Part shown: positions 17,648 to 27,474 of the stretch, piece after piece | Numbering within the stretch: the first letter of the stretch is position 1 | Layout of the letters: each line of letters begins with the position of its first letter | Origin: Acidobacteriota bacterium | GTDB taxonomy: Bacteria; Acidobacteriota; Vicinamibacteria; Vicinamibacterales; UBA2999 | Direction of reading: 5' to 3' | Assembly: GCA_030650395.1 (NCBI GenBank) | Contig: JAUSDY010000104.1 | Span: 57,071 to 121,070, forward strand | DNA: 64,000 nt | Position numbers and translations under genes: made by a program | The notes under the pieces: model-generated | What the model was told of the DNA's origin: nothing | Seen by the model: only the letters and a program-made list of their open reading frames with translations | Database searches by the model: none

Positions 17648-18138
17648 GCGATGCGAACCTTGGGTGTCTGATCGAGCGTCGAATTGGCGATCTTCTTCTG
17701 CAGCTGCACGATGCCGTAGATCACCGCTTCAGGCCGCGGCGGGCAGCCGGGAATGTAGACGTCGATCGGCACCACCTGGTCGGAGCCCTGAACGATGGCG
17801 TAGTTGTCGAACACGCCGCCGCACGAGGCGCACGCGCCCATCGAGATCACCCACTTGGGCTCGGGCATCTGGTCGTAGATGCGGCGCAGCGCCGGCGCCA
17901 TCTTGCGCGACAGCCGGCCGGCGATGATCATCAGGTCCGACTGCCGCGGCGAGCCGCGGAACACTTCCGCGCCAAACCGCGAGATGTCGTAACGGCTCGA
18001 CGCCATCGACATCATCTCGATCGCGCAGCACGCCAGGCCGAATGTCACCGGCCAGATCGCCGAGCGGCGCGCCCACTGGATGACGAACTCCGCCGTCGTC
18101 GTTACAACCGGGATTTCGTAATCAGTTTCGAGTCCCAT
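17644..18138 (-). CDS. nuoB: NADH-quinone oxidoreductase subunit B
   Basis: NuoB motifs are present ([25 protein letters not shown]). Confidence 0.95.
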   Translation of the reverse strand: MGLETDYEIPVVTTTAEFVIQWARRSAIWPVTFGLACCAIEMMSMASSRYDISRFGAEVFRGSPRQSDLMIIAGRLSRKMAPALRRIYDQMPEPKWVISMGACASCGGVFDNYAIVQGSDQVVPIDVYIPGCPPRPEAVIYGIVQLQKKIANSTLDQTPKVRIA

Positions 18139-18556
18139 AGCGGTATCTCTTGATTGCAGCCGGACCGGGCTTCGGCGGATGCACGTAATCCGGATCGTAT
18201 TCCGGTCCCCAGTCGAGCACGCCCTTGCGCCAGATGTAGATGTAGCCGACGACCAGGATGAGGAAGAAGACGACGATCTGGATCAGGCCCGGCCACGACA
18301 GCCGGCGCATCGCCATCGCCCATGGATAGAGGAACGCGACCTCGATGTCGAACAGCAGGAAGATCATCGCGATGAGGTAGTACTTCACCGACTGCCGCTC
18401 GCGCGCGTCGCCGACCGGCGGCATGCCGCACTCGTAGGCCGCCAGTTTTTCTGGAGTGGGATTGCGGGGCCCAAGGAAAGACGACAGCACCACGGACACG
18501 ATGCCGAAGCCGATTCCAATGACTCCTAACAGTAGGATTCCGCCCCAGCCGTCCAT
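18122..18556 (-). CDS. nuoA: NADH-quinone oxidoreductase subunit A
   Basis: Three-TM protein with YECG and [15 protein letters not shown] motifs. It is the first gene of the cluster and has a C-terminal extension overlapping nuoB. Confidence 0.9.
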   Translation of the reverse strand: MDGWGGILLLGVIGIGFGIVSVVLSSFLGPRNPTPEKLAAYECGMPPVGDARERQSVKYYLIAMIFLLFDIEVAFLYPWAMAMRRLSWPGLIQIVVFFLILVVGYIYIWRKGVLDWGPEYDPDYVHPPKPGPAAIKRYRYGTRN

Positions 18557-18606
18557 GTCCTCAACCCGCTTGTGAAGGATATCACACGCACTACAATCGC
18601 ATCTGG

Positions 18607-21552
18607 ATGAGGATGACTTCGGAGCGGTTCGTCGTCGGCGCCGTCCTCGCCATGTCGCTGGTCACGCTGGTGCTGCAAGCGGTGGTGCTGCGCCCGCATT
18701 TGTGGCCGGCGGGCGCCGGGCTGGCCCTCACCGGCGACACGGTGATGGGCACGCTCGCGGCGCCGCGCCCGGTCGCGGTCATTCGCCCGCCAGATGTGAG
18801 CCGCATCGAAGGCGCCGACGTCACCGTCGCACGGGTCTGGCCGGGCGGTCGCGCCGAACGCGCCGGTCTGCAAGCAGGCATGCGGGTCGGCGCGATCGTG
18901 AACAGCAGCGGAGAAACACTGTCGCTCGCCGACGGCCTGCCGGCCGATTCGGCCGGTGTGCTGCGGGTGTGGCGCGAGATGCATCGGCTGCGCCCGGGCA
19001 GCGCAATCACGATCGAGGTGACGGGTGGGGACAAACCTGCCGGTGGGGACAAACCTTTAGGTTTGTCCGAGACCCGCACGATCATTCTCGAGCAGCCGGC
19101 GATCTGGTCGACCGGCGGCAACACGCTCGGGCCGTGGCTGCGCCTTCACCTCGGGCCCCTCTCGCAGGTGACGGCGTTTCTGGCAGGGGCGGCGACGCTG
19201 CTGTTTCTTGGCGCGAGCGGAACCACGGCCGCGCTGATGACGCTGGCGTTGATTTTCACCGCGGTGGCCAATGGCGGCCCGCTGCTCGGCGCGGAAATGA
19301 CGATTCCGGTCCTGGGACCGCTGCTCCTCTTCTTCAACTGGATCGTGACGCCGTTGTCGTTCCCGATCATCGGTCTCGCGGTGCTCTATTTCCCGCACCA
19401 GGCCGAGATTCTCGATCGGCATCGGTGGATCGTCCCCGCGATGGCACTCACCGCGCTCCCGATGCTGGTCATCGGGTTGTCCAGCGCGGCATTCCTGTTG
19501 GGTTCAGATAGCGTGCTGCCCGCCCTCACGTGGCTGGCCGAGCGCCCGTGGACGTTCGACGCCTCCTTCGCTCTCGCATTGGCCGCCAACGTGCTGATTG
19601 TGATCGAAGGCATCGGCCGCTATCGCACCAACCTGGACGCCGACGAGCGGCGCCGCATTCAGATCGTCGTCTACACGGGCGTGCCGGCGGTGTTTGCGTA
19701 TGCCCTCAAGACCGGCATTCCGCTGCTCGGCGGACTCGCGGGCCGTCCGATTGAGCTGCCGTGGATGATCGAGGCGCTGCTGCAGGCGATTGTCCTGCTG
19801 CCGGCGTTCGGACTGCCGTACGCCGTCGCGGTGCGCCACGTGTTCAGCCCGCGCACTGTGCTGCGGCGCAGCCTCCAGTACGCCTTTGCCAAGCGCACGC
19901 TGACCGTGCTGGTGGCGCTGCCGGTGATCGCGCTGGTCGCGTCGTTGGTGCAGCAGCGCGATCAATCACTTTCAGCGATCATCGGCGGCCGGCCGCTGTT
20001 CTATTTGATCTGCCTGGTGATGCTCGCGCTGGCCGTGCGCTATCGCGACACGGCGCAGCGCTGGCTCGATCAACGGTTCTTCCGCGCCGAGTACGACGCG
20101 CGCGAGATTCTCGTGTCTCTAGCGGGGCGCGTGCCGTACGAAGCGGACCCGCGCGACCTGGTCGCAAGGGTCGTGACGCAGATCGATTCGGCGCTGCATC
20201 CCGAGAGCATCGCCGTTCTGGCCGGCGAGGTGGTGTCGAGCCAGACACCCGGCGGAGGATCCGTGATGCTCGGCTCGTTCGAGCCGGTGAGCGCGCTACG
20301 CGCGGAGGCGGCGCCGCTTCGCGCCGACAGCGCGCTGGTGACGCTGCTGCGATGGTCTGACAAGCCGCTCGAAGTGTTCCTGGACGACGAGCAGTCTCCA
20401 GTGTCGCGGGTGCCACCGGCCGATCGGATGTGGCTGGCGTCGCTCGAGGCGGCGCTGCTCGTCCCGATTTTCGCCGGCGGCAGCGATCCGCGGCCGTTGG
20501 TGGGAGTGATCGCGCTTGGGCACAAGCAGTCTGAAGAGCCGTACACGCCCGAAGATCGCGAGCTGCTGCGCGGCATCGCGGTGCAGATGGGCGTGGCGCT
20601 CGACTTGTCGCGATTGCGCAAGCAGATCGGCGCGACTTTTGCTCCCGGAATGACCGGCGGGATGGAAGGCTCGACACCAACGATGGTGGTGGGCGGGACC
20701 GGCACGCCGGCGGTGATGGGCGTTGGCGTGGTGGTCGACGGCAAGTACCGCGTCGACGCGATCATCGGGCAGGGCGGCATGGGCGCGGTGTTTCGGGCCT
20801 GGGACCTGCGGCTCGAGCGCGCGGTGGCGATCAAAGTAGTGCGCGCGGAGCTGCTGTCCGATCCGGATTCGCGCGCGCGCTTCAAGCGCGAATCCCAGAT
20901 CGTCGCCAAGCTGCAGCACCCGGCGATCGTCACGGTGTTCGACTACGGCACCCTCGCCGACGGTGCGGCGTTCCTCGTGATGGAGTTCGTTCCGGGCGAA
21001 GACCTGCGCAGCCTGTTGAAGCGCGAGCGTAAGCTCGGAGAGCAGCGCATGGTGGCGCTGATGAGCGGTATCTCCGCCGGCGTCGATTCGGCGCACAAGT
21101 CCGGCATCTTCCACCGCGATCTCAAACCGGAGAACATCCTGTTACCGGAAAGCGGCACCGGTCCCAAGGTCGTGGACTTCGGCGTGGCCAAGCTCACCAC
21201 GGCCCCTGGCGCAGAGGGCAGCCACATGACCTCCACCGGCACCATCGTCGGCACGCCGGCCTATATGGCGCCGGAACAATTGCGCGGCGACGCGGTCGAT
21301 GGGCGCGCCGATGTGTTCAGCCTCGGCGTGATGGCGTACGAAATGCTGACGGGGAAACTGCCGTACGGCGGCGGGTCGTTCTTCGATATCGGAATGAAAC
21401 AGGCGGCGGGAGAAATCAAGGTCGACACCGGAGACATACCGCCGGAGCTGGCGGCGATCATCCGCCGCTCCATTGCTTATGAACGAGACGGGCGTCCCGC
21501 ATCTCCTGGGGACTTCGCTGAGGAGCTCCGCGGAATAACCAAGAACAAATAA
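18607..21552 (+). CDS. Membrane Ser/Thr protein kinase with N-terminal PDZ-like, polytopic and GAF-like regions
   Basis: The C-terminal Hanks kinase domain shows GQGGMGAVF, AIKV, HRDLKPENILL, DFGVAKL and GTPAYMAPE. A PDZ-like segment (VARVWPGGRAERAGLQAGMRV) sits near the N-terminus. Multiple hydrophobic helices and a GAF-like block precede the kinase. Confidence 0.9.
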   Translation: MRMTSERFVVGAVLAMSLVTLVLQAVVLRPHLWPAGAGLALTGDTVMGTLAAPRPVAVIRPPDVSRIEGADVTVARVWPGGRAERAGLQAGMRVGAIVNSSGETLSLADGLPADSAGVLRVWREMHRLRPGSAITIEVTGGDKPAGGDKPLGLSETRTIILEQPAIWSTGGNTLGPWLRLHLGPLSQVTAFLAGAATLLFLGASGTTAALMTLALIFTAVANGGPLLGAEMTIPVLGPLLLFFNWIVTPLSFPIIGLAVLYFPHQAEILDRHRWIVPAMALTALPMLVIGLSSAAFLLGSDSVLPALTWLAERPWTFDASFALALAANVLIVIEGIGRYRTNLDADERRRIQIVVYTGVPAVFAYALKTGIPLLGGLAGRPIELPWMIEALLQAIVLLPAFGLPYAVAVRHVFSPRTVLRRSLQYAFAKRTLTVLVALPVIALVASLVQQRDQSLSAIIGGRPLFYLICLVMLALAVRYRDTAQRWLDQRFFRAEYDAREILVSLAGRVPYEADPRDLVARVVTQIDSALHPESIAVLAGEVVSSQTPGGGSVMLGSFEPVSALRAEAAPLRADSALVTLLRWSDKPLEVFLDDEQSPVSRVPPADRMWLASLEAALLVPIFAGGSDPRPLVGVIALGHKQSEEPYTPEDRELLRGIAVQMGVALDLSRLRKQIGATFAPGMTGGMEGSTPTMVVGGTGTPAVMGVGVVVDGKYRVDAIIGQGGMGAVFRAWDLRLERAVAIKVVRAELLSDPDSRARFKRESQIVAKLQHPAIVTVFDYGTLADGAAFLVMEFVPGEDLRSLLKRERKLGEQRMVALMSGISAGVDSAHKSGIFHRDLKPENILLPESGTGPKVVDFGVAKLTTAPGAEGSHMTSTGTIVGTPAYMAPEQLRGDAVDGRADVFSLGVMAYEMLTGKLPYGGGSFFDIGMKQAAGEIKVDTGDIPPELAAIIRRSIAYERDGRPASPGDFAEELRGITKNK

Positions 21553-21618
21553 CGAAGAACCAATATGGAATAAACCAACGAAGCGGTTTGGTTATTGGTA
21601 ATTGGTTATTCGTTATTT
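21547..21618. terminator. AT-rich imperfect inverted repeat; probable bidirectional terminator
   Basis: Roughly 32-nt arms (aaataacgaagaaccaat... / ...attggttattcgttattt) lie between convergent genes. T-runs flank the repeat on both strands, and it overlaps both stop codons. Confidence 0.6.
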
Positions 21619-21885
21619 TTTCTTTTTAGGTTCCATCGCCGCGAGGCGGCGTTCGATTTCCGCGACGGCCTGGCCGATTTGATCGCGCCGGGTCTGGTGC
21701 GTGGTCACTTCGAGCTGGCGTTGCAGCTCGGTGCGTGCCAGGCGGAGCGATTCGGTCTGCCGCGCGTATTCAGGATCCACCTTGGGGCCCCTGTCCTTCT
21801 GGGCCTTGCGGCTCTCTTCCAGTTCGTCCATGCGCTCTTGCAAGCGCGCTTCAGCGTCGATCAGGCCTTCGCCAGCGTCACCCAT
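21613..21885 (-). CDS. Hypothetical coiled-coil protein
   Basis: Charged helical 90-aa product starting at the internal Met (MGDAGEGLIDAEARLQERMDELEE). The longer ORF to 21972 would overlap the lhr start and a repeat. Confidence 0.45.
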   Translation of the reverse strand: MGDAGEGLIDAEARLQERMDELEESRKAQKDRGPKVDPEYARQTESLRLARTELQRQLEVTTHQTRRDQIGQAVAEIERRLAAMEPKKKK

Positions 21886-21950
21886 GTAGACGCTGATTAT
21901 GCCACAGAGATGCGCCGCAGATGACGCAGATGACACAGAATTGAAATTGC

Positions 21951-24900
21951 GTGTCCGATCAGCTGTGGTCACATTTTCATCCGGCGGTGGCCGAGTGGTT
22001 TCACTCGGTGTTCACGTCTGCCACGACGCCGCAGCGCCGGGGGTGGCCGGCGATTGCGCGCGGCGAGTCGGCGCTGATCCTGGCGCCGACCGGAAGCGGC
22101 AAGACGCTGGCGGCATTTCTGTGGTCGCTCAACCGATTGATGTTCGAGCCGGTGCCCGACAAGATGCGCCGGTGCCGCGTGCTCTACATTTCACCGCTCA
22201 AGGCGCTGGCGGGCGATGTCGAGCGCAACCTGCGGGCGCCGCTGGCGGGCATTTCGAATGTGGCCGCCGGCAAGGGGCTGCCCTTTCATGTGCCGGCGAT
22301 CGCCGTGCGGACGGGAGACACACCGAGCTCGGAGCGCGCCAAGTTTCAACGCGCGCCGGCCGACATCCTGATCACGACTCCTGAGTCGTTGTTCCTGCTG
22401 CTCACATCGAACGCGCAAGAGAGCTTGCGATCGGTAGAGACGGTGATCATCGATGAGATTCACGCGCTGGTGTCGACTAAGCGCGGGGCGCACATGGCGC
22501 TATCGCTCGAGCGGCTGGAGCGGCTGGTTGACGGGCCGCTGCAACGGATCGGATTGTCGGCGACCCAGCGGCCGTTGGAGGAGGTGGCGAAGTTTCTTGG
22601 CGGTGCTGTCCTCAAAGAAACCACCCGTTCGACTCGGGTTTCGTCCGCTTCGCGAACAAAACCCTCGCTCAGGGCAGGCGAAGAATCGATCCACGACGAG
22701 TTCCAAGACGATCGCGCGGTCAAGTATCGGGCGGTCACGATCGTCGATGCGAGCGCGCCGAAGCAGCTCTCTGTCACGGTGCAGACGCCGGTCGAGGACA
22801 TGGCGGAGATGGGTAAGCCGCTCGAGCAGCCGAGCGGGCCGGCCGGGCGGGGGCCGGTGGCACAGTCGATCTGGAGCTCGATTCACCCCAAGCTGCTCGA
22901 GTTGATTCGATCGCACAAGTCGACGCTGCTGTTCGTCAACAGCCGGCGGCTGGCCGAGCGCCTGGCGGGGGCGTTGAACGAGCAGGCCGGCGAGCCGCTG
23001 GTGCGCGCGCATCATGGCTCGCTGGCGCGCGCGCAGCGCACCGAGATCGAAGACCTGCTCAAGGGCGGGCATTTGCGCGCGCTGGTGGCGACCTCGTCGC
23101 TCGAGCTCGGCATCGACATGGGCGCGATCGATCTCGTCATCCAGATCGAAGCGCCGCCGTCGGTGGCCAGCGGCCTGCAGCGCATCGGCCGCGCCGGCCA
23201 CCGCATCGACGAGGTGAGTGAAGGCATCATCTTTCCGAAGTTCCGCGGCGACCTCGTGGCATGTGCAGCGGTGACGGCGGCCATGCGGCAAGGCAAGGTC
23301 GAGTCGTCTCGCTACCCGCGCAACCCGCTCGACGTGCTGGCGCAGCAGCTGGTGGCGATGGCGTCGATGGAGCGATGGCCGGTCGATGAGCTGTATCACA
23401 CCGTGCGATCGGCGGCGCCGTTTGCCGAGCTGAGCCGGCCGATCTTCGACGGCGTGTTGGACATGTTGTCGGGCCGATATCCGTCGGACGAATTCGCGGA
23501 GCTGCGGCCGCGGATCACCTGGGACCGCGTCCACGGCACGGTGCTGGCGCGGCAAGGCGCCAAGAAGGTCGCGATCGCCAACGCCGGCACCATTCCCGAT
23601 CGCGGGCTCTACGGGGTCTTTCTCTCGGGCGCCGACAAGGACAAGGCGCGGGTCGGCGAGCTCGACGAAGAGATGGTGTTCGAGGCGCGGGCCGGCGAGA
23701 CGTTCTTGCTGGGCGCCTCGACGTGGCGCATCGATCAGATCACGCACGATCGCGTGCTGGTGTCGCCGGCGCCGGGCGAGCCCGGCAAGATGCCGTTCTG
23801 GAAGGGTGAGGGCCCGGGACGGCCGGCCGAACTCGGCATGGCGATCGGCAAGCTCGTGCGCGAGTTGAGGAACACGCCACATGCCGAAGCGCTGGAACGG
23901 CTCCAGCGCGATCACGGACTCGATGCGCTGGCCAGCGCGAACCTCCTGAGGTATCTCGACGATCAGCACGCCGCGGCCGGCGCGGTGCCCGACGATCGCA
24001 CCATCGTGATCGAGCAGTCGCGCGACGACATCGGCGACTGGCGCGTCGCCGTGCTGTCGCCGCTCGGCAGCCGCGTGCACGCACCGTGGGCGATGGCCGC
24101 GACCGCGCGGATCCGCGACGTGCAGGGTCTCGACGTCGAAGTGATGTGGTCGGATGAAGGGTTCGTGGTCCGCTACCCGGATGGCCAGGCCGCGCCCGAT
24201 ACCTCGCTGCTGATACCGGACCCGGATGAAGTCGAGCGGCTCGTGGTGCGGCAGCTGGGATCGACCGCGATGTTTTCCGCGCGCTTCCGCGAAGCGGCCG
24301 GACGCGCGCTGCTCCTGCCCCGCCGCCGTCCCGGCGCACGCGCGCCGTTGTGGCAATTGCGCAAACGAGCCGCCGATCTGCTCGCGGTGGCGGCGCGGTT
24401 CGGATCGTTCCCGATCATCCTCGAGACCTATCGCGAGTGCCTCCGCGACATCTTCGATCTGCCGGCCCTCACCGACATCCTGAGGCGCGTGCGCAGCCGC
24501 TCGCTGCGCGTGGTCAACGTCGAATCGAAGACGCCCTCGCCCTTTTCATCGTCTTTGCTATTCGGCTACGTCGCCAACTACATCTACGACGGCGACGCGC
24601 CGCTGGCGGAACGGCGCGCCCAAGCATTATCGGTCGATCAGTCGCAGCTACGCGATTTGATCGGCGACACCGAGCTGCGCGATCTGCTGGACGAGACCGC
24701 GCTCGAGACACTCGAAGCCGAGCTGCAGTACCTGCCCGAGCGCTTTCATGCGCGCTCCACCGACGCGGTGCACGACTTGCTGCTGCGGCTTGGCGATTTG
24801 ACTCGCGGTGACATCGAGGCTCGCAGCGTCGCGGGCGTGGCAGCGCCGGCCGTCGCCGAGCTCGTGGCCGATCGGCGGGCGATCGACGTTCGGATTGCGG

Positions 24901-26654
24901 GACAGCCGAGACTCATCGCGGTGGAAGACGCCGCTCGCTATCGCGATGCCGTCGGCACGCCCCTTCCACCGGGCCTGCCCGAGACCTTGCTCGAGCCGGT
25001 CGCCGATCCGATCGGCGACCTCGTCCGGCGGTTTGCGCGCACCCATGGTCCATTCGCCAGTGGCGATCTGAGCGCGCGCCTCGGTCTTGGCGCCGCGGTG
25101 GTCGACGCGGCGCTGGTGCGGCTGCGCGCGACTGGCCGCGTCACTGATGGCGAGTTCCGGCCGGGCGGCCGCGGACGCGAATGGTGCGACGCCGAAGTGC
25201 TGCGCACCGTGCGGCAGCGCTCGCTCGCGAAGTTGCGGCAGCAAGTGGAACCGGTCGACGCGTCGGCCCTCGGCCGCTTCCTGGTCACGTGGCACGGCCT
25301 CGCGCGACCGCGCACCGGCCTCGACGGGCTGCTCGACGTGATCGAACAGCTGCAGGGCGTGCCAATCGTGGCGTCGCTGCTCGAGCGCGACGTGCTGCCC
25401 GCGCGCGTGCGCTTCTACACGCCCGACATGCTCGACACGCTGCTGGGCGCAGGCGAGGTGACGTGGACCGGCGTCGAGCCGCTCGGCGAGCGCGACGGCC
25501 GCATCGCGCTCTACCTGACCGATCACGTCTCGCGTCTTCGACCGCCGGACTCGCTGGCGCCGGCACGGAACCAGGGGCTGACCGAAGGCGACACCAGGCT
25601 GGTCGCGTGGCTGCACCGGCACGGCGCGTCATTTTTTGCCGCGCTGCACGATGCGGCGGGCGGCGGCTTCCCCAAGGAAACCGTCGACGCGATCTGGGAC
25701 CTGGTGTGGCGGGGACTGCTGACCAACGACACGATGCACGCGCTGCGCGCCTTCACCGCACCGCCGGAACGCGCGAGAACACCCAATCGCAGCGGCGCGT
25801 TCCGATCGCGACGCCTGATTCCGCCCTCGGCCGAAGGGCGCTGGGCGCTGGTCGGCGCGCCGGAGACCGAGCCGACCAGGTGGGCTACCGCCATGGCGCA
25901 ACAGCTGTTGACGCGGCACGGCGTGGTCACGCGCGACGTCACAGCGGTCGAGTATTTGCCGGGCGGGTTCTCCGCGATTTATCCGGTGCTGAAACGCCTC
26001 GAAGACACCGGCCGCATCCGTCGCGGATACTTCGTCGCCGGGTTGGGAGCGGCGCAGTTTGCGCAGACCGGCGCGATCGATCTGCTGCGCGATGCGAGGG
26101 AGTCCCGGGATGAGGACGTGACCGTGACGCTGTCGGCTGCAGATCCCGCCAACCCGTACGGTGTGTTGATCCCCTGGCCGACTCCCATGGAAGGGCCACA
26201 GATAACACAGACAATACAGCCGCAGATTACGCAGATGACACAGACTTCAAAATACCAAAGCCAAGAGACGAAGACACGTGGCGCCACACGATCGGCGGGC
26301 GCGCGGGTGGTTCTCGTCAACGGACGGTTGGTGTGTTGGATTGGCCGCGGTGATCGGCAGCTGATCGTCTCGCTGCCGGACGATGAGCCGGAGCGATCGA
26401 GGGCGGGCCACGCGATGGCGCGTGAGCTGGTGGCGCTGGTGCATCGTGCACCCGAGGGCCGGCGCGGATGGTTGATCGAAGAGATCAACGGCCAGCCGGC
26501 AGCCGACGATCCCGCGGGCCGGTTCTTGATCGACGTCGGCTTTGCCGCGACCCACAATGGCTTGCAGTTTCGAATTGGGAAAGGCTTGAAACCGAATCGT
26601 CCCAGCCCTCCAGCCCTCGAGCCCTCGAGCCCTCGGGATTCGGACGATGCCTGA
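21951..26654 (+). CDS. lhr: Lhr-family ATP-dependent DEAD/DEAH-box helicase (large helicase-related protein)
   Basis: The 1567-aa product has helicase motifs (APTGSGKT, DEIH, SAT, HHGSLAR..R) and a long Lhr-type C-terminal domain. The start is GTG. Two repeat-derived in-frame segments lie near the C-terminus. Confidence 0.92.
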   Translation: MSDQLWSHFHPAVAEWFHSVFTSATTPQRRGWPAIARGESALILAPTGSGKTLAAFLWSLNRLMFEPVPDKMRRCRVLYISPLKALAGDVERNLRAPLAGISNVAAGKGLPFHVPAIAVRTGDTPSSERAKFQRAPADILITTPESLFLLLTSNAQESLRSVETVIIDEIHALVSTKRGAHMALSLERLERLVDGPLQRIGLSATQRPLEEVAKFLGGAVLKETTRSTRVSSASRTKPSLRAGEESIHDEFQDDRAVKYRAVTIVDASAPKQLSVTVQTPVEDMAEMGKPLEQPSGPAGRGPVAQSIWSSIHPKLLELIRSHKSTLLFVNSRRLAERLAGALNEQAGEPLVRAHHGSLARAQRTEIEDLLKGGHLRALVATSSLELGIDMGAIDLVIQIEAPPSVASGLQRIGRAGHRIDEVSEGIIFPKFRGDLVACAAVTAAMRQGKVESSRYPRNPLDVLAQQLVAMASMERWPVDELYHTVRSAAPFAELSRPIFDGVLDMLSGRYPSDEFAELRPRITWDRVHGTVLARQGAKKVAIANAGTIPDRGLYGVFLSGADKDKARVGELDEEMVFEARAGETFLLGASTWRIDQITHDRVLVSPAPGEPGKMPFWKGEGPGRPAELGMAIGKLVRELRNTPHAEALERLQRDHGLDALASANLLRYLDDQHAAAGAVPDDRTIVIEQSRDDIGDWRVAVLSPLGSRVHAPWAMAATARIRDVQGLDVEVMWSDEGFVVRYPDGQAAPDTSLLIPDPDEVERLVVRQLGSTAMFSARFREAAGRALLLPRRRPGARAPLWQLRKRAADLLAVAARFGSFPIILETYRECLRDIFDLPALTDILRRVRSRSLRVVNVESKTPSPFSSSLLFGYVANYIYDGDAPLAERRAQALSVDQSQLRDLIGDTELRDLLDETALETLEAELQYLPERFHARSTDAVHDLLLRLGDLTRGDIEARSVAGVAAPAVAELVADRRAIDVRIAGQPRLIAVEDAARYRDAVGTPLPPGLPETLLEPVADPIGDLVRRFARTHGPFASGDLSARLGLGAAVVDAALVRLRATGRVTDGEFRPGGRGREWCDAEVLRTVRQRSLAKLRQQVEPVDASALGRFLVTWHGLARPRTGLDGLLDVIEQLQGVPIVASLLERDVLPARVRFYTPDMLDTLLGAGEVTWTGVEPLGERDGRIALYLTDHVSRLRPPDSLAPARNQGLTEGDTRLVAWLHRHGASFFAALHDAAGGGFPKETVDAIWDLVWRGLLTNDTMHALRAFTAPPERARTPNRSGAFRSRRLIPPSAEGRWALVGAPETEPTRWATAMAQQLLTRHGVVTRDVTAVEYLPGGFSAIYPVLKRLEDTGRIRRGYFVAGLGAAQFAQTGAIDLLRDARESRDEDVTVTLSAADPANPYGVLIPWPTPMEGPQITQTIQPQITQMTQTSKYQSQETKTRGATRSAGARVVLVNGRLVCWIGRGDRQLIVSLPDDEPERSRAGHAMARELVALVHRAPEGRRGWLIEEINGQPAADDPAGRFLIDVGFAATHNGLQFRIGKGLKPNRPSPPALEPSSPRDSDDA

Positions 26655-27474
26655 AGGCGACTCGATCTACCGGGCCGCGCGGTCCATGAACAAGGTGCTC
26701 GCCGGGCACGTGGTCACGAAGTTCGATACCGCGTACGCGCACCTCTCGCGAGTAGACGACGACACGCCGATCGCGGGCCGGACCATCGAGCGGTGCGAAT
26801 CGGCTGGGAAGCACCTCTTGATCGTCTTCAGCGGCGATCTCATCCTGCGGACCCACATGCGCATGAACGGCTCGTGGCATCTCTACCGTCACGGCGAGCG
26901 ATGGTGGCGCGGGCCGCACGCGATGCGCGTGAGAATCGACACCGCAGACTGGGTGGTCGTGGCTTTCGATGTGCCGGTCGCCGAGTTCGTGACCTCGCGC
27001 CAGCTGCAGACGACCGATCCTGTAGCCGCGCTCGGGCCCGACCTGCTCAAGCCGGCGTTCGATCGCGACGAAGCGGTGCGCCGCATCGTCATCAGCGGCG
27101 CGACGCCGATCGCGCAGGCGCTGCTCGATCAGCGACTGGTCGCGGGCATCGGCAACGTCTACAAATCCGAGGTGCTGTTTCTCGGCGGCGTGCACCCCGA
27201 CACGCCCGCCAGCGCGGTGCCCGTCGCGGCGCTCGAGCGACTGCTCGACATCGCGCGCACGCTGCTGCAGACCAACGTCATCGAAGGGACACCGGCGGCG
27301 ATTCAAACCTACCGTTCGCTGAGACGCACCGCGCCCGGAGCGGATCACGACGACAACCTGTGGGTCTACGGCCGCAAGGGTAAGCCGTGCCGCCAGTGCG
27401 GCGCGCCGATCGAGTCAAAAAAGATGGGTCTCGATGCGCGGACGACCTACTGGTGCCCGCGCTGCCAGGGATGA
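26647..27474 (+). CDS. nei: Fpg/Nei-family DNA glycosylase (endonuclease VIII-like)
   Basis: N-terminal MPEGDS (catalytic Pro2/Glu3), an H2TH region (GIGNVYKSEVLF) and a C-terminal zinc finger (CRQCG...CPRCQ). It overlaps the lhr stop by 8 nt. Confidence 0.9.
   Translation: MPEGDSIYRAARSMNKVLAGHVVTKFDTAYAHLSRVDDDTPIAGRTIERCESAGKHLLIVFSGDLILRTHMRMNGSWHLYRHGERWWRGPHAMRVRIDTADWVVVAFDVPVAEFVTSRQLQTTDPVAALGPDLLKPAFDRDEAVRRIVISGATPIAQALLDQRLVAGIGNVYKSEVLFLGGVHPDTPASAVPVAALERLLDIARTLLQTNVIEGTPAAIQTYRSLRRTAPGADHDDNLWVYGRKGKPCRQCGAPIESKKMGLDARTTYWCPRCQG

Noticed and set aside
22500-24356. A 618-aa minus-strand ORF.
   Set aside because: It is antisense to lhr and has the Arg/His/Pro-rich composition of GC-shadow frames. 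The plus strand carries the helicase motifs.
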